A DNA stretch of 62,404 nucleotides, filler included, from Choristocarpus tenellus KU-1152 (GCA_964200185.2; 11 parts of 11 records of this genome joined end to end with filler, not necessarily neighbours in it); one strand, 5' to 3'. Positions 24,752 through 37,517 are shown, numbered from the whole stretch's first letter. Notes: generated by a model not told the origin, from the sequence alone. Numbers and translations are program-made.

Positions 24752-27539
24752 AACGTCGCATCGCCCAAGCGGATAGTGGTCCCAGGGCCAGCATTTATTC
24801 TGCAGGATTGGGAGATAAAATATGGTTGTGGGGAGAAGCTTACAATCACTCAGCCTACATCCTCAACAGAAGCTCAACTGTTGCTAATAAGGGGATCTCC
24901 CCCTATTGTGCACTGTATGGGGAAGTTGGATCTCTAGCTGGTGTCCCAGCTTTTGGCTCACCTGGATACTACAAGTCTATTCCTGGACACAAGCTTGGAA
25001 GCCGTGGGAAGCAGTGCATCATGGTTGGTATATCATCTGAAAATCAACCCCGTGGCACCTTCCGCGTACTAGGATCCGGTACTAACCGTGTGCTTCAGAG
25101 ATCCAACATACATTGGCACCCCACCAAGGATGGCAGAGTTCGTTTTCCAATATCTGATTTAGACCGAGATCAAGAACATTTGGATGACACTCCAGGGTAT
25201 ATCCTTCCTCCACATGCACGCAGAAGGACTGAAGACATCCAGGAGATAGGAGATGGATGTGATGATGATGATGGAATCACCTGGATATAAGGTGGACTAG
25301 AAAATGATAATGGATCTGAAGACACCTGAGATAATGGTGAACTTGTGGAGGAGATTGAGGACAACATTTATGGTGACAACGAGGTGAAGGAGACTGAGGA
25401 CAGCAATGATGGTGATGATGATGGGGTGTGGATGAGGCCAAGGACAGCCAATGTGAAAGGGAATTACGACGACTCAGCATTGGAAATGGTGAAGACAACA
25501 TCCTTCCCCACCGCACCAGATCAGGAAATCATCCTACTTCCGCAAAAAATGCTGTTTTTAACATAACCATTTTTTTATTACTTCTTTTCCTGTTTCCATA
25601 GAGACTACCCTTGTGATGTGTGCGAGTGATGATTCTATTAGAGTGTTAGCTAATGAACTCCCTCCAGAACCCAAGACTGTAAGAGCAGCACATAGCTCTC
25701 CCGAATGCAATTTATGGGATCGAGCTAGAGCAGAAGAAATCTCTGGTTTGTTACTGAATAATGTTTGGGTGAAGGCAGTATTACCCCCTGGACGCAGGGC
25801 AATAGACACTAAATGGATTCACAAGCGTAAGACTAACAAATTTGGGGAAGTAGTTAGATACAAGGCACGTTTGGTAGCAAAAGGTTTTCGAAAGAGGGTT
25901 TAGATTACCAAGATACCTTTGCACCAACATCGTCCCCTACGTCTTTGAAAATGGTACCAGCATTAGCTGCAGACAAGGATTGGGAATTGAAGCATTGGGA
26001 TGTGAAGCAAGTATTTATACAAGAAGAGATTTGTTAAGAGATTTTTGTTCGTTTATGTGATGGATGTGGTATATGGTCTGGAGATATTGTGCGTTTAGTC
26101 AAGGCACTTTATGGCACCAAACAGGCTAGCAGGGAGTTTAATAATCTGTTGATACACGTTTTGGAACAGTGTGGTTTTAAGTAATGCAAAGCATATCCCT
26201 GTGTATTACGCTATGTAAGAGATGGTGTTTTTGTGCTGTGATAGCCCCTCGCGAAGATGATCTTTTGGTAGCTGGTGAAACTGATGCTTTGATTTGGGTT
26301 CGCTCTAGGATTAAAGAGCAGTTTTCCATATAAGACTTCGGTGATCTTGAGTATTATATGGGTTGTGAGATTCCACGTGACAGAACTGCACAGACTGTCA
26401 CCATCAGTCAGACTAGGTACATTGAGAGTGGGTTTGTCAAAGATTTGGTATGGATGGGGCAAAGAAGAGGTCGGTACCCCATGATCTCTCAAGGACTCTA
26501 GAAAAGAGTGAGAATCATCCAAGTGTTGATGAAAGTACACCGTACAGAGAGGCAGTTGGTAGTCTGATGTGGGCATCTCTTGACGAGGCTGGACATTGCA
26601 AATGCAGTTCGTGAAGTTGCCAAGTACAGTAGCGATCCCAAAGTCACACATTGGCGTGCAGTGAAAAGTATTTTAGCTTATTTGAATACGTGTCCCAGTG
26701 TTGGATTGAGTTTTGGTAGTTTTGATACTGAGTGTGAGTTGAGTGCGTATGCTGATGCTAGTTATGCTGGAGACTGGAATGATCGTAGATCAGTGACTGG
26801 AGGAGCAATAATGTTTGCAGGAGGAGTAATATCTTCGATGTCAAAGGTACAAAGAGTTGTAGCTCTGTCTTCCACGGAGAGTGAATACATAGCTCTTAGT
26901 TTTGTGGCACAGGAATTACTTTTCTTGCGAAGCGTTTTTGGGTTTATTCAGCCACAGTTTCCTAGGCGTTGCATTGATATGATTGAGGACAACAATGGTG
27001 CCTGCGAACTAGTACGAAATGCCACAAGCTCTACTAGAACAGAGCACATTGATATCCGACATCATTTTCTGAGGGACTTGTCTAGAAAAGGAGAAATTCA
27101 TGTTGTTTTTGTTGGTACTGCAAACCAGAGGGCAGATGTACTGACCAAGAATATGCCAGTTCGAGTTTTTAGGCAGCATGTGAAGTTTTTGATGAACATT
27201 TGAGACAACATACGTGTGTGTGTGAGTGTGTTTTTTTTGTGATTGTTTGAGAGTTCATACTTGTTTTCAGCAAGGGGAGGATGTCGAAAAACCTAGTGTT
27301 ATCCTTACGTTATTTATTTGTGCTGATCAAGTATATAACATAGGTTATATGCACGTTTATAATTAGTTAGGTACGATACAAAGTACGAACGTGCATAAAA
27401 ATATAATAAGTCAACATTCATCCACACGTTAGTGATGATGGATGGCTGGCGGGCAATTAATAATTCAGTGTATGTTTTACCATGTAACTCAACTACTAGC
27501 TTTCGGTGACGAGCCTTACATGCGCCAAGCTTCTCAACA

Positions 27540-27973
27540 ACCAGTGCAGGGTACCTTCGCTCGGATAGCATTGAGGAACTGGTACAAAATGTGGTGAAGA
27601 GATACGAAGAGTATGATACTGGGACCCATAACAAGGTCTGGCAGAGTCTCTTCGCACAGTACAAGGCTGTGTTGAACCACGTAGGCGATAACAAAATAAA
27701 GGGATAGTGCGTAGGACGCAGGAGGATATAGGCAGATAGCAGAGCACGTAGATGCGTCTTTGGCGGTCAAGGGAATGGCTTTCCTGCAGGCTGAGGGGAA
27801 GACCATAGACCTTGGGATGTACTGATTCGTTTTCAACTTAAATTTTAAACAGAGGTTAATGACAGTGTATATATACAAACACATATCCTATCTTCCCAGA
27901 CCTTCACTATCCCACGGTGTGTCATACCACCCTTCCGAACTCATAGGTGTTTAATCAACCCAAACAGAGGGAG
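27540..27973 (+). mobile_element. Mariner-like transposon 3' fragment with right TIR
   Basis: Translates as SDSIEELVQNVVKRYEEYDTGTHNKVWQSLFAQYKAVLNHVGDN, homologous to the C-terminus of the 8902-9450 transposase. Ends ACAGAGGGAG|TA at 27964-27975, a Stowaway-type terminus. Confidence 0.75.
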
Positions 27974-29084
27974 TAGTAATTATTGTGATGTGGTAGTGAC
28001 AAATTACTAGGTCAGGCAGGCTCAGCAGATCAAGGCTCAGACTCATTCCCTCCTACACACGATTTCTTCTTCATCTCGCGTACCCTTTTCTTCTTGTACG
28101 TGACTAATCCTGAGTTTCGTTCATCTTCAATAAACTACCACTGAGTTTTTTTTGTCACATGGAGTTTTTTTCCTGTTGTGGTAGTGATGGATGGCCTCGA
28201 ACATGGTAGTAAACCTTTTTTCTCCGCTTGGGTTCTTTGCAAGTATGATCTTGGAGATGTTGACATTAGAAGACGTCCTCATATTCTTGGGAATTTACAT
28301 AATACATTAGTCTTTTTTTCACTTCGCTTGTCACCCTTCCCCCTATCTTTTCTCATGTGTATCTGTTGTGATGTATTATGTCAACGTCTGACTTCCTTTT
28401 GATTACCGTCTAAAATCCCAAATTAGTGTGAAGGAACAATAATAATACCAGTTCTAACATAGTCCAATGCTCAATTTTTTGGAAGGACCAGGAAACTTGG
28501 TCTCACATAAAAAAAGAACTCCCCCATCATTTTACAATGTCATCCTCGTATCAATCCAGTCATCGGGCTACTTGTTGCTTCAAGTTGTTGATACATCCAT
28601 TCAATTCAGCAAGTATTTTTTTAGTTTATTGAACTATCAAGTACTTGGGTCACTTGCTAGTTTAGGTTCTGTCAATATATTGTATTTCGTCTGATTAGAA
28701 GTTTGACGGATACAGACTTCCAATTGATATCAAATATTTTGTACTCTTTGAAATATTTCATGTATCCATGATCGAGAACCAACTATATTTAGATACTCTC
28801 TTTACTTCCTTTACAATACTCCACAGGTAATACTCATTCGTGATGCAGGAACAATTATGGGCGTTTCAATGTTGAACATGAAAAAGAATTATTACCACAA
28901 AAGATCATAGAGAATCCTCCGAACATAATAATTTTTCTGGATAATTTAACACCAAAGAAAATAAGAAACAGTCGCCAACACTGTGCACTCTCCCTCCACC
29001 CAAACTCTACCACCTCACACCCACACTCACAACCCATACTCGCCATACAAGGAAAGAAGTAAGGATCTAGTCAATCGTGAAGCC

Positions 29085-30391
29085 ATGAAGCTCTGCTCCT
29101 TTGCCTTTCTCGCCTTCCTCGGACTCAGCGCTGCTGGAACCACTCTTCGTGTAGATGCTGCCGAAGAGGACTTCCAAGGTCGCGACCGACAACTGAGGGT
29201 GAGGACACTCGGCTTTATGTGCAAGCCCGCGACCTACTTGCCTATTCCCAACATGATAGCGTAAAGATGGATGGAATTGATGGTGCTACTCTTCTACTTC
29301 GCTCTCCAACACCCCTGCAACTTACCCTTGTTCTTCGTTTTTTGCTTCATCCTAAATTATTTTCTGTTTCGTAATGAATCTCAAAACGGGGATTGCGCGG
29401 ATTGTGCAACATCATGGATGACATAGGGACATGCGGGCGTCGATGAAAGCGAGACATACCACACCATGCGTGTTCTGGGGGTGAGGATGTTTTGGATTTA
29501 GTTAACATTCAACACGTGATGAGTACCCCACAGGGTCATCAACTTGGTTTCTATCAAATATTACATCATGAGAAACAACATTTTTGTGTCACAAAGGATT
29601 AACTGGAACTGTCATCATAGGTCCTGCTGTGCTACATAGCAACTTTTGATGAACCACATTTAAGAGCGAAGTCATTGGGGCGCTTCTAGAATAATCTACG
29701 ATGATTCAATTTTCAAAGTGGTCCTTCGTCTGACAAGTTGGAGGACTACTCTTTACCTTAGAATCATGGTATATACCGATTTGTGTTACGTTGCATACGG
29801 GAACAAGGAGAGAGGTGGATGTTGTCTGGTGGGAAATACCCATCATATATGTGTAAGGATGCTTGGTTGTGTGGCGAAGGTGCAGAGGACAATGTATTAT
29901 TTCAATTGCGTAATGGAATCTTATTCAATACAACTCTAGAAGCTATTGATTCAGTTGACTTGAGGAATACAGAACGAATGTGCTTCTGCTGTGTTTTGCA
30001 TAGAAAAAATTGACGATTGACGACGAGTTCACAACGATTGTTTGACGTCAACGAAATTGTGAGTACATGTTTTCCTGTCTAACCGAATCTCATACATCAC
30101 CTCCTTTTCAAAATGCGAAATCACATGCCTCATCCGCTGATTCCACTCCAATGACTCCCACTCGTTCTTCTCCATCAAATGACTCAAAAGGGCTCGTACT
30201 CCAAGGACTCGTACTCCAAGGACTCGAAAGATTCGTACTCCAAGGACTCCTACTCCAAAGACTCGAAAGATTCGTACTCCAAGGACTCCTACTCCAAAGA
30301 CTCGAAAGATTCGTACTCCAAGGACTCCTACTCCAAGGATTCAAAAGATTCGTACTCCAAGGACTCCTACTCCAAGGACTGGAAGCATTAG
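29085..30391 (+). CDS. Small secreted Ser/Lys/Asp/Tyr-repeat protein, silaffin-like; exons 29085-29198 and 30191-30391 (104 aa)
   Basis: Exon 1 encodes MKLCSFAFLAFLGLSAAGTTLRVDAAEEDFQGRDRQLR and ends at a GTGAGG donor (phase 0). Exon 2 follows a pyrimidine-rich tract and AAG acceptor, in frame: GSYSK(DSYSKDSYSKDSK-type units)...DWKH*. Differences between repeat units are synonymous only in this frame. The splice junction is inferred. Confidence 0.75.
30191..30385 (+). repeat. Coding tandem repeat, 5 x 39 bp
   Basis: Unit GATTCGTACTCCAAGGACTCCTACTCCAA(A/G)GACTCGAAA. Confidence 0.95.
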
Positions 30392-33300
30392 GTTCAATCG
30401 CCATGTAACATGGGTAAGGAAGTCGTAAGGCATAATTTTCTACTCAAATTTGTCGCTGAATTCAAACGGCGATACCTCATAAGTAAATCTTGCTCCTTCC
30501 CCCACTCTTGGACAACCTCGTCTCCCTTTGCAGTCTTGCTGAGTTCCTCCACGGTTGAGAAGGTGACCGTTTTTTCAATTCCGAGCAAGAGCAACGTCTT
30601 CCGTGGGATCATTTCTATCTTTTGAGATCTAGTGCCAATTGGGAGTCTAGCGGTCTAGGTTGACCCCTTTCATGCAGAACTGGATCGCTTCGTACAGTCC
30701 GTGACTTCGATAGACCATCGAAGTTCAGAAAGCGAATGTGAATTTTGAAAATCTTGATGATACCTAACAGTATCTGATGATGCGTGAAGTACAGTATCAA
30801 AAACTCCAAGGTAGATGCTTTTATATGTGTCACAAACGGGGATAATCTGCATTTCACGCATAGGACCTCCTTGTGGCTGTGTGCTCTGGCGTTGCCTTCT
30901 ATAGGTGTACCAGAAAAAACACACTTGCGTGCAGTAGGGTAGGGGTTCGATGTGGGCTCAGGGGGCAGGGAGCTTAGGGATGTTGTCTGTAGGCAAGGGT
31001 GCTGCGCACCAAGTCGTGTTAGTCGTCGAGATTGGTGCCTAAACTCACGACGAAAGTTGACTAAGGTCGTGATCGAGGATTGTACCCACAAGCTGGCTTT
31101 TGTATGAGCGTTTTGTGGAACATATTGGTACGTGTTCGTTTCGCGAGAAGTTTGTACAGGGATACACACTTTTGGTTGTCAAAGTGACAGGCAGGACACC
31201 CTGGCAATCCGAAGCAATGTGTGGTCTCGAACACTGCATTTCTGCGCCGAATTAACAAAAATGAACTCTTCACAGAGTCAAACGTTTGAAGTAATACACA
31301 GGCGGGAATCAACACAGATTTCTACCAGCCGCTATGACAGAGAAAGGTACTTCTTTCGGGGTTTTTTTGCTGCTCACAGGTTTGGGGCAATATTTAGGTG
31401 CAGCAAGACACGCACATGTGTAGTCGAGTTGATGCCTTTTCTAAAATAGCCTCTTCCCTCCCTTCGAGATAAAACATTGAAATATTCGCGCACGCGCGCG
31501 TGTGTGTGCATGTTGACTGTTGAACCACCTAGTGTACATAATGTGTGATGTGAGGAATTGAGTTTTATATTCTAAGTACCACAACAGGAAAAGAAATTCA
31601 ACTTACCCATGATATCTCCTCATAAGTCTTTGTTATCAACTAAAATATTGCTGGTATTTTTTGTCAACGACAGCAAATGAAAACCCAAACACCACAGGAG
31701 CCCCCTCTCAGATAGGATAAGCTCAAAATGACAGTCAGAATAAACTATATTCATACACGTATGAGTAGTGTTCGTAGATAGTGCTGCTGATACAGATAGA
31801 CATCACCGGTGGATTATGTAATAGGATGGAGCGCCAGTGACAGATCTATTATATGTACTGACTCATAGTGTCGATTGATTTTATGTCAAGATCAAGATAC
31901 ACTTTCTATACTTAAGACAAGTAAATAAGTGATTCATAGTAAATTAGTGTGGACGATTACAAACCCCACACTATAGAAATAATAATGATAGTTTAGGCTG
32001 ATCTCATCCACGTATTCAGTCAGAAGAATTGAGATCATAAGGCCCCTTGTAGTATTAACTTTTGCATATCTACTTCAAGCTATTCATTGTCATTCATCAA
32101 AGCACAAAAGCCGCAGGTCCAGAGTGGGATACTTCAAGTAGTAGGCTGGGGAAGGATCTTAGCTTCTTGACCTAAACACGAATTTTTTCCAGCCTTGGTA
32201 AATTTTGAACCAGACACTTCACAAGTTGGATGGATAAACAGTATGAAAGTGTCGTGTTGACAGTTGTGGGTATATAATCCACTCTTGTTTCTGTAGCTGC
32301 CCAATCAACAAGAAATCCTCAAGAATAACAAGTGGATCATCTGTCTGTTTAAATCCAGCAAACCTTTAAGTTCCTTTTAAATTTGATGTTTTTCTGGAAA
32401 CGCGCACCTTTCAACCGTTCAATTTGCGATCGTGTACCCCTATATTTTTATAAGACTCACAGATTGCCCCCTATTAGTGTTGTCTTACGTTGCATCTCAA
32501 TCCCTGTTTATATCCAAGCTTGCTTAAATCAATGGTGGATCCCATTGAGGTAGAGTTCTTCAAAGGTTCCCCAGTGTGTGTTTGGTGTTAACCTTCCCAG
32601 TATTGAATTGTGATCTCTCCTATCTTAGTTCTATGTGCGAGTAGCAGCACTGAAATATCTAAGACTTCTTTTACGACACAGTTTTTCTTCACACTTTTAA
32701 ATTACACCTGCACATGGGCAAAGGCCTGTTTCCTGGGTAGATTTTATCACACAGCATAAGACGAAGAATTGTGGGGGACACTTCTTTTACTGCTAGAGGT
32801 TTTTCTCTCTAATACTCCCACCCAGGAATGCCTTATCTGGTGCATGCATGTGTCTGCTCCCATTGTGAAGTTAGCGGTTGAAGCAGACAAATAATAATCA
32901 TTTGAGCGAGTTAGTCTTATGTGGTCCGTTGAGGAAAAGGTAGGCTGTATATGAGGCTTCCTATTAAGCATGTTTTCTTTCTTGCAACATCCTGGGGGGG
33001 GTGTTACGAGCACGGATCTTACACTTGGCAGGCGTTTCCCCACTAATGCCATCATTTTCCCCTGTACTCTACTTTGACGAGGGCCTGCAACTCTGAAAAC
33101 ATTATGTGATCCATACAAAGCAAAAGCGACACGATTATGCACTCTGCAGACCCTTCCTCTATCAAGGATATATGTTCAGGACCAAACCAATTGAGAGGTA
33201 AAGCAGGGTTTCATTTTAAGGATCCCCAGAAAGGGCAGAAAGACACTATTTTATAAAATTGCAAAAAGAACCTTTGGTGGGTGGTGGTGTCACTTTGTGT

Positions 33301-33542
33301 GTGGATAGGAGGAATGTCAATATGCGTACAGTATAGTCCACATCATGAAATGAAAAGGAGAGTAATATTGCACAGGGTAAGAAAGATGGCTTAGAATGCA
33401 TAGGGTCCAAATCTGCCTACCTCTCAACTGGTTTGACTCTCAGACTCCCTCAGGATTCACAGTGTCAAGGTTCACATCAACGAACTTGAGCAGACTCATT
33501 GGCACCCTGCAATACACTTGTAGGTGTATACATATCATAATA

Positions 33543-34062
33543 CTACCTCTATGCCATAAGTTTGTGCCGTGAAACATCTGGACTCACCGAGCGAGAACAG
33601 TGTCGAATCGGACCATAATCCTACAGAATGAAATCGGGTTGACAATCTCAGCTTTGAGAAAAGGTGGGGGTTGAGGAACATCAGGTAAAAACTCGAGGTG
33701 CTTCAAGCCATCAAAGTAGGAATCCTTTGGGATGATTTTGAGGCCAGAACTGGGCACGTTGAGGGTCAGAACGTTGGCATGGCAACCCCCCCCCCGCGTA
33801 AGAAGGGTACCCAAGTGTCCCTGAATACCTGGATTGCGTTTGCAGTGTGGCACGTTCTCACGGTGGTCCCTGGTGAGCATAAACTACTGCGACACGTTGG
33901 GTCGGCCCTAGCAGCGGAGTTTGGAGTGTCCGAGCGTTACAAGTGAGGGCTCTGGGAGGACGTCGCCGATGAGCTTGCCCGTGGCCACACGCTTGACCTA
34001 GGGGTGGCGGTATGTAGTGGGCGGCCTTCAGAGCTCACACCGACCAAGATGGCCACAATACA
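33543..34062 (+). mobile_element. Mariner-like transposon left TIR and N-terminal HTH remnant, cut by a G-rich MITE sibling at 34063
   Basis: TA|CTACCTCTATGCCATAAGTTTGTGCCGTG nearly matches the TIR at 8774. The frame LAAEFGVSERYK*GLW...DL...SGRPSELTPTK is the HTH/GRP region of Tc1/mariner transposases. Confidence 0.75.
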
Positions 34063-34334
34063 GGATCAAAGTATCTGGGGGGGGGTGTCGGCGTCCGTTT
34101 TTCACGCTTTTTTCCATTTTCACTTTTTTGTGTCAGATTTGAAATGTCAGTAAAAAAAAGAGTACTTTGACCGAAACGGACGCCCCCTCACAAGCCACCC
34201 CCCCCCCCCCAGTAGCGCTAACCCCCCCAGCATCNNNNNNNNNNNNNNNNNNNNNNNNNNNNNNNNNNNNNNNNNNNNTTAATTAATTAANNNNNNNNNN
34301 NNNNNNNNNNNNNNNNNNNNNNNNNNNNNNNNNN

Positions 34335-37300
34335 GGGCATCTGCTGTGATGGTTGCCCTACATGATGGATTGGACCCCTTGATGGCAGCACTCAAGCCGG
34401 GTGAGGTGTCACATGCCAAGGGTGAAGGTCAAACGATGTTGCCGTATTTGCATTTGGAGGATGCTGTTGGGAGATGGAAAGGTATCTGGAAGGAGGGAAA
34501 CTGGGAGGGTGATGCAGAAGATGCTGCTGTCACCGAGTATCTGAAGGTATGTAACAGTTTTTGGTATGGTCACTATATATGGTGAATTTTGTCTTGATTT
34601 CTAACTTGTCCTAAGGATAAACTACTTTTAGCGTAAGATATATATATATATATATATATATAGGGTTAGGGATAGGGTTAGTATATGTCTTGGAAGATTC
34701 TATATATCTTTTCGGTACAGGGTTATGAAAGAGAGCCTACCCCTCAATCAAACATATCATGTATTTGTATTTATTGATTATCGTACTTTTACATATATTT
34801 CTTACCAACCACGTGTCCATTAAGGATTCTACCATGGGTAATCAGGTGACTTTAATTTAGTTTTATTTTGGACCTTACTGTCAAATTGGAATATCTCAGA
34901 ATATGGATTTCCAAATTGGGTAGAGAGCTAAGACTTGAGAAAATCGAGGAGAGTTTGTGGGTAATTTTTGAATGGTATTTGGCTTGATGCACTGTTGAAA
35001 TTATTGATTAAACGGAGAGCTACTCAATTCCCCGAAATTTCTACTTAAGGAAATTGCATGTTCTTGATATGAAGATACTCTCTGTAAGAAACACTAGCAT
35101 CTCATACAAGGCGAAACTGTGGTGTTGGCAGTGCAATGCGACTTCTACTTTCCTGTTGATACTTTGAATATATCTGCCAGTTGTACAGGTTCTGGAAATA
35201 TAGACCCTCTAAAGTTGCACAACCTTTAGTGTTGATGTTGAAAAAAATTATACCTGGTTTAGACATCACTAGATCTATTTCTAAACATTTTGCGGAACTT
35301 CTCCTACTGTACCTTTCTTGAACAGTTTGTTGATGTTATCTTAGTGAAAAAGGTAAATGATAAGTAACAAGATGGAAATTAGTAGAATGACAGCATATTG
35401 TATCAGTAAGGAAGGCTTGTTACTGCTATATATTTTTTTGTACTAATGAGTTGTCATTGTGGAAAGTGGTGTTAAAGTTGGTTTACTGGATTTCCATGCT
35501 TACGAAACGTTAAAGTTGACATGGGGTTAGGGTTAGGGATTTGTTTTTTAACAAGTTCTTATAGTTTGATTGTGCAACCTTTCAAAGAATTTGAGTTAGT
35601 TTACTTAGTACTTGTGGCTTTCATGTTGCAAGTTAGGGTTAGGGTTAGGGTTAGGGTTAAGGCAAGTTCTCCAATTTATTTTTATTCTTGTTGGTCCTTG
35701 ACCGATTAGCTTACAACCAAAGTGTGTCCTGATTTTTTGGATCCGATTGAGTTCAACCAGACCAGCGGTACATTAACTTATTGAAGAACAAAAGGGTTTT
35801 GTAGAATGATGGCATATTTTGATTTTGAGGAAGAATTGTTATTGTTGTGGTGGTGATTTTTTTGGTGGTGCAAATTGAAATTGAAAGGGGTTGACTTTAT
35901 CAAGTCTGCAGTGGGTATTGGAGATGCGTTTCATTTGTTTCTGTCTTTTGGTTTGTCCCTTCTGGAGTTGTTGCGATGCATGCATTTCAGCCTTTCTATA
36001 CTTGATTTCACTTTGTGTTTGGATGAATTGGGTTGTTTTATACTTTTTTTCAAGTTTTCTTTTTGGGGACTGCTTGGTGTATTGTTACCATTGCTAGTCA
36101 AGTGAATAAAACCTAATAGGGATACCACTTAGATTGTGAGGTCAATTGGTGTAACTCCTCAATTTAGAAGAATGTTTTAGATATCGTTTTGAACCCATAC
36201 ACCGAAAGGTCAGACAATGCCAAGTGTTTACTTTTTTTTGTCTACTTTTTTGCTTTGCCCGTGATGCAATTTGATCACATTTGTGATGATTTGCAGGATG
36301 CGGTTGAACTGAACCAGACGGAGGGTACATTCCTGCTGTCATGTGGAATACTCTATCTTGACCCATCTTGGCTAAACAAGCCTCTCCGGGCAATCTTGGA
36401 CCACAGATTGGCAGATCAAGAACAGAAGGCCTATTGGATAGCACAGCTTAAGGAATATAACTGCCGTCCTGGTGTTAATTTTGGCCATCTTAAGGTTTTC
36501 CATGACAAGTTCTGTATCACAGGGAGACTTACTGTTGGCTATTTGCGCTTTTTGTGGCGTGATTTGGATGTGGACAAGGATGAGGTTGTCTTCAAACGAC
36601 TTCTGCGCACTATGTCAGAGTTTGGGGCTATTTTTGAGAGCACTTCTGCAAGCGCTCCACTAACACAGTATGGGGATACAAGTGTCTTGGACAACAACCT
36701 TAACCTGATGGTGATGGTACGCCTTCCTATCTCCATCGAGACGGAAAGCCTGAAAAAGTTTGGATTACCGAACAATTGCTGGCGGCTTGAGAGTGTTTAT
36801 CTATTGGAACAATCTTACATTCCAGCGGGTCTACTTGGGCTGCTAATGGCTCGGTGCATTCAGCATGATCTACAGCTCCATGTGTGCTGGAGGTATGGAG
36901 CTTCATTTAGAATGGGGGGACCTGAGGTACTGTTGTACCTGCACCCTCAGGCTGTCTTGGACAGACCATCATTCATTGAGTTTCATGTGATGGGTGTGCC
37001 ACTGTCTAGAGAAGTTACTGATTGTGAGTCGGAGCTATCAAAGATAATAAAGCAACTCTTCAAAGATCAGTTCCCAGGTCTTCTTCTCTGGAGAAGGTCT
37101 GGTGATCCACGAGCTGTTGAAGGAGAGAATGCAGTCATGGAGAGGATAGAGTTACTGCAGCAACATGCAGACAAAAGACATGATGCAATCTTGTTGAAAT
37201 TGGAGGTGGTGGGAGAGAAAGTGGAGAATCTGGCAATGAACATTCTGGGAATGATGATTAAGCTCAATGCCGTGCTAGATAAGGACTATCCATTTCCTAG

Positions 37301-37517
37301 CCTTATATCCATTCGCGATGAGAGAGAGTCTGCTGTAACTGGTAATTCTGTCAAGAATCGGGCTCAGAGGGTATGGAATGGTTTCAAAGGAGTGTTCAGG
37401 ACAAAGAAGCGACTTCACTTCTTGTGCCCTTATGATGGTAAGGTGATACCATGTGGTCTGGATGGTGATGGGTATCCATTCCATGGCACTCGAGAATGGG
37501 TAAAGAAGCTGTACCCA
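34335..37517 (+). CDS. ROCO-family (Roc-COR) protein, partial; exons 34335-34546 and 36297-37517
   Basis: AAG|GTATGT donor at 34546 and TTGCAG| acceptor at 36296 join in phase 0: ...AAVTEYLK|DAVELNQTEGTFLLSCGILYLDPSWLNKPLRAILDHRL. This is the COR LDPxWL motif, followed by IPAGLLGLLMAR, CWRYG and the C-terminal LHFLCPYD...CG..G.GY motif. Both ends are truncated by gaps. Confidence 0.8.
35632..35659 (+). repeat. Interstitial telomeric repeat (TTAGGG)4 inside the ROCO intron
   Basis: GTTAGGGTTAGGGTTAGGGTTAGGGTTA; shorter tracts at ~34661-34681 and ~35525-35538 in the same intron. Confidence 0.9.

Larger units (their letters stand above)
21947..27539 (+). mobile_element. Full-length but decayed Ty1/copia LTR retrotransposon
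   Basis: LTRs 21947-22201 and 27282-27539 (TG...CA); PPT AAGGGGAGGA at 27272-27281. Domain order: gag with zinc knuckles (CTRCGLAKHTGPC, CCSCGSRGHQQAVC), protease (FDLGAS), integrase (FHRILNH, IFIDLTGP, IVDDASRFTW, QNNGTAERR), RT (KWIHKRK...YKARLVAKGF, KALYGTKQA), RNase H (AYADASYAGD...RRSVTG, EDNNGA, HIDIRHHF). Many stops and frameshifts. Confidence 0.96.

Noticed and set aside
30067-30408. Alternative readings of the 39-bp repeat (LQGLLLQRLER on +, SPWSTNL on -)
   Set aside because: Unit differences are non-synonymous in these frames and synonymous in the SYSKD frame.
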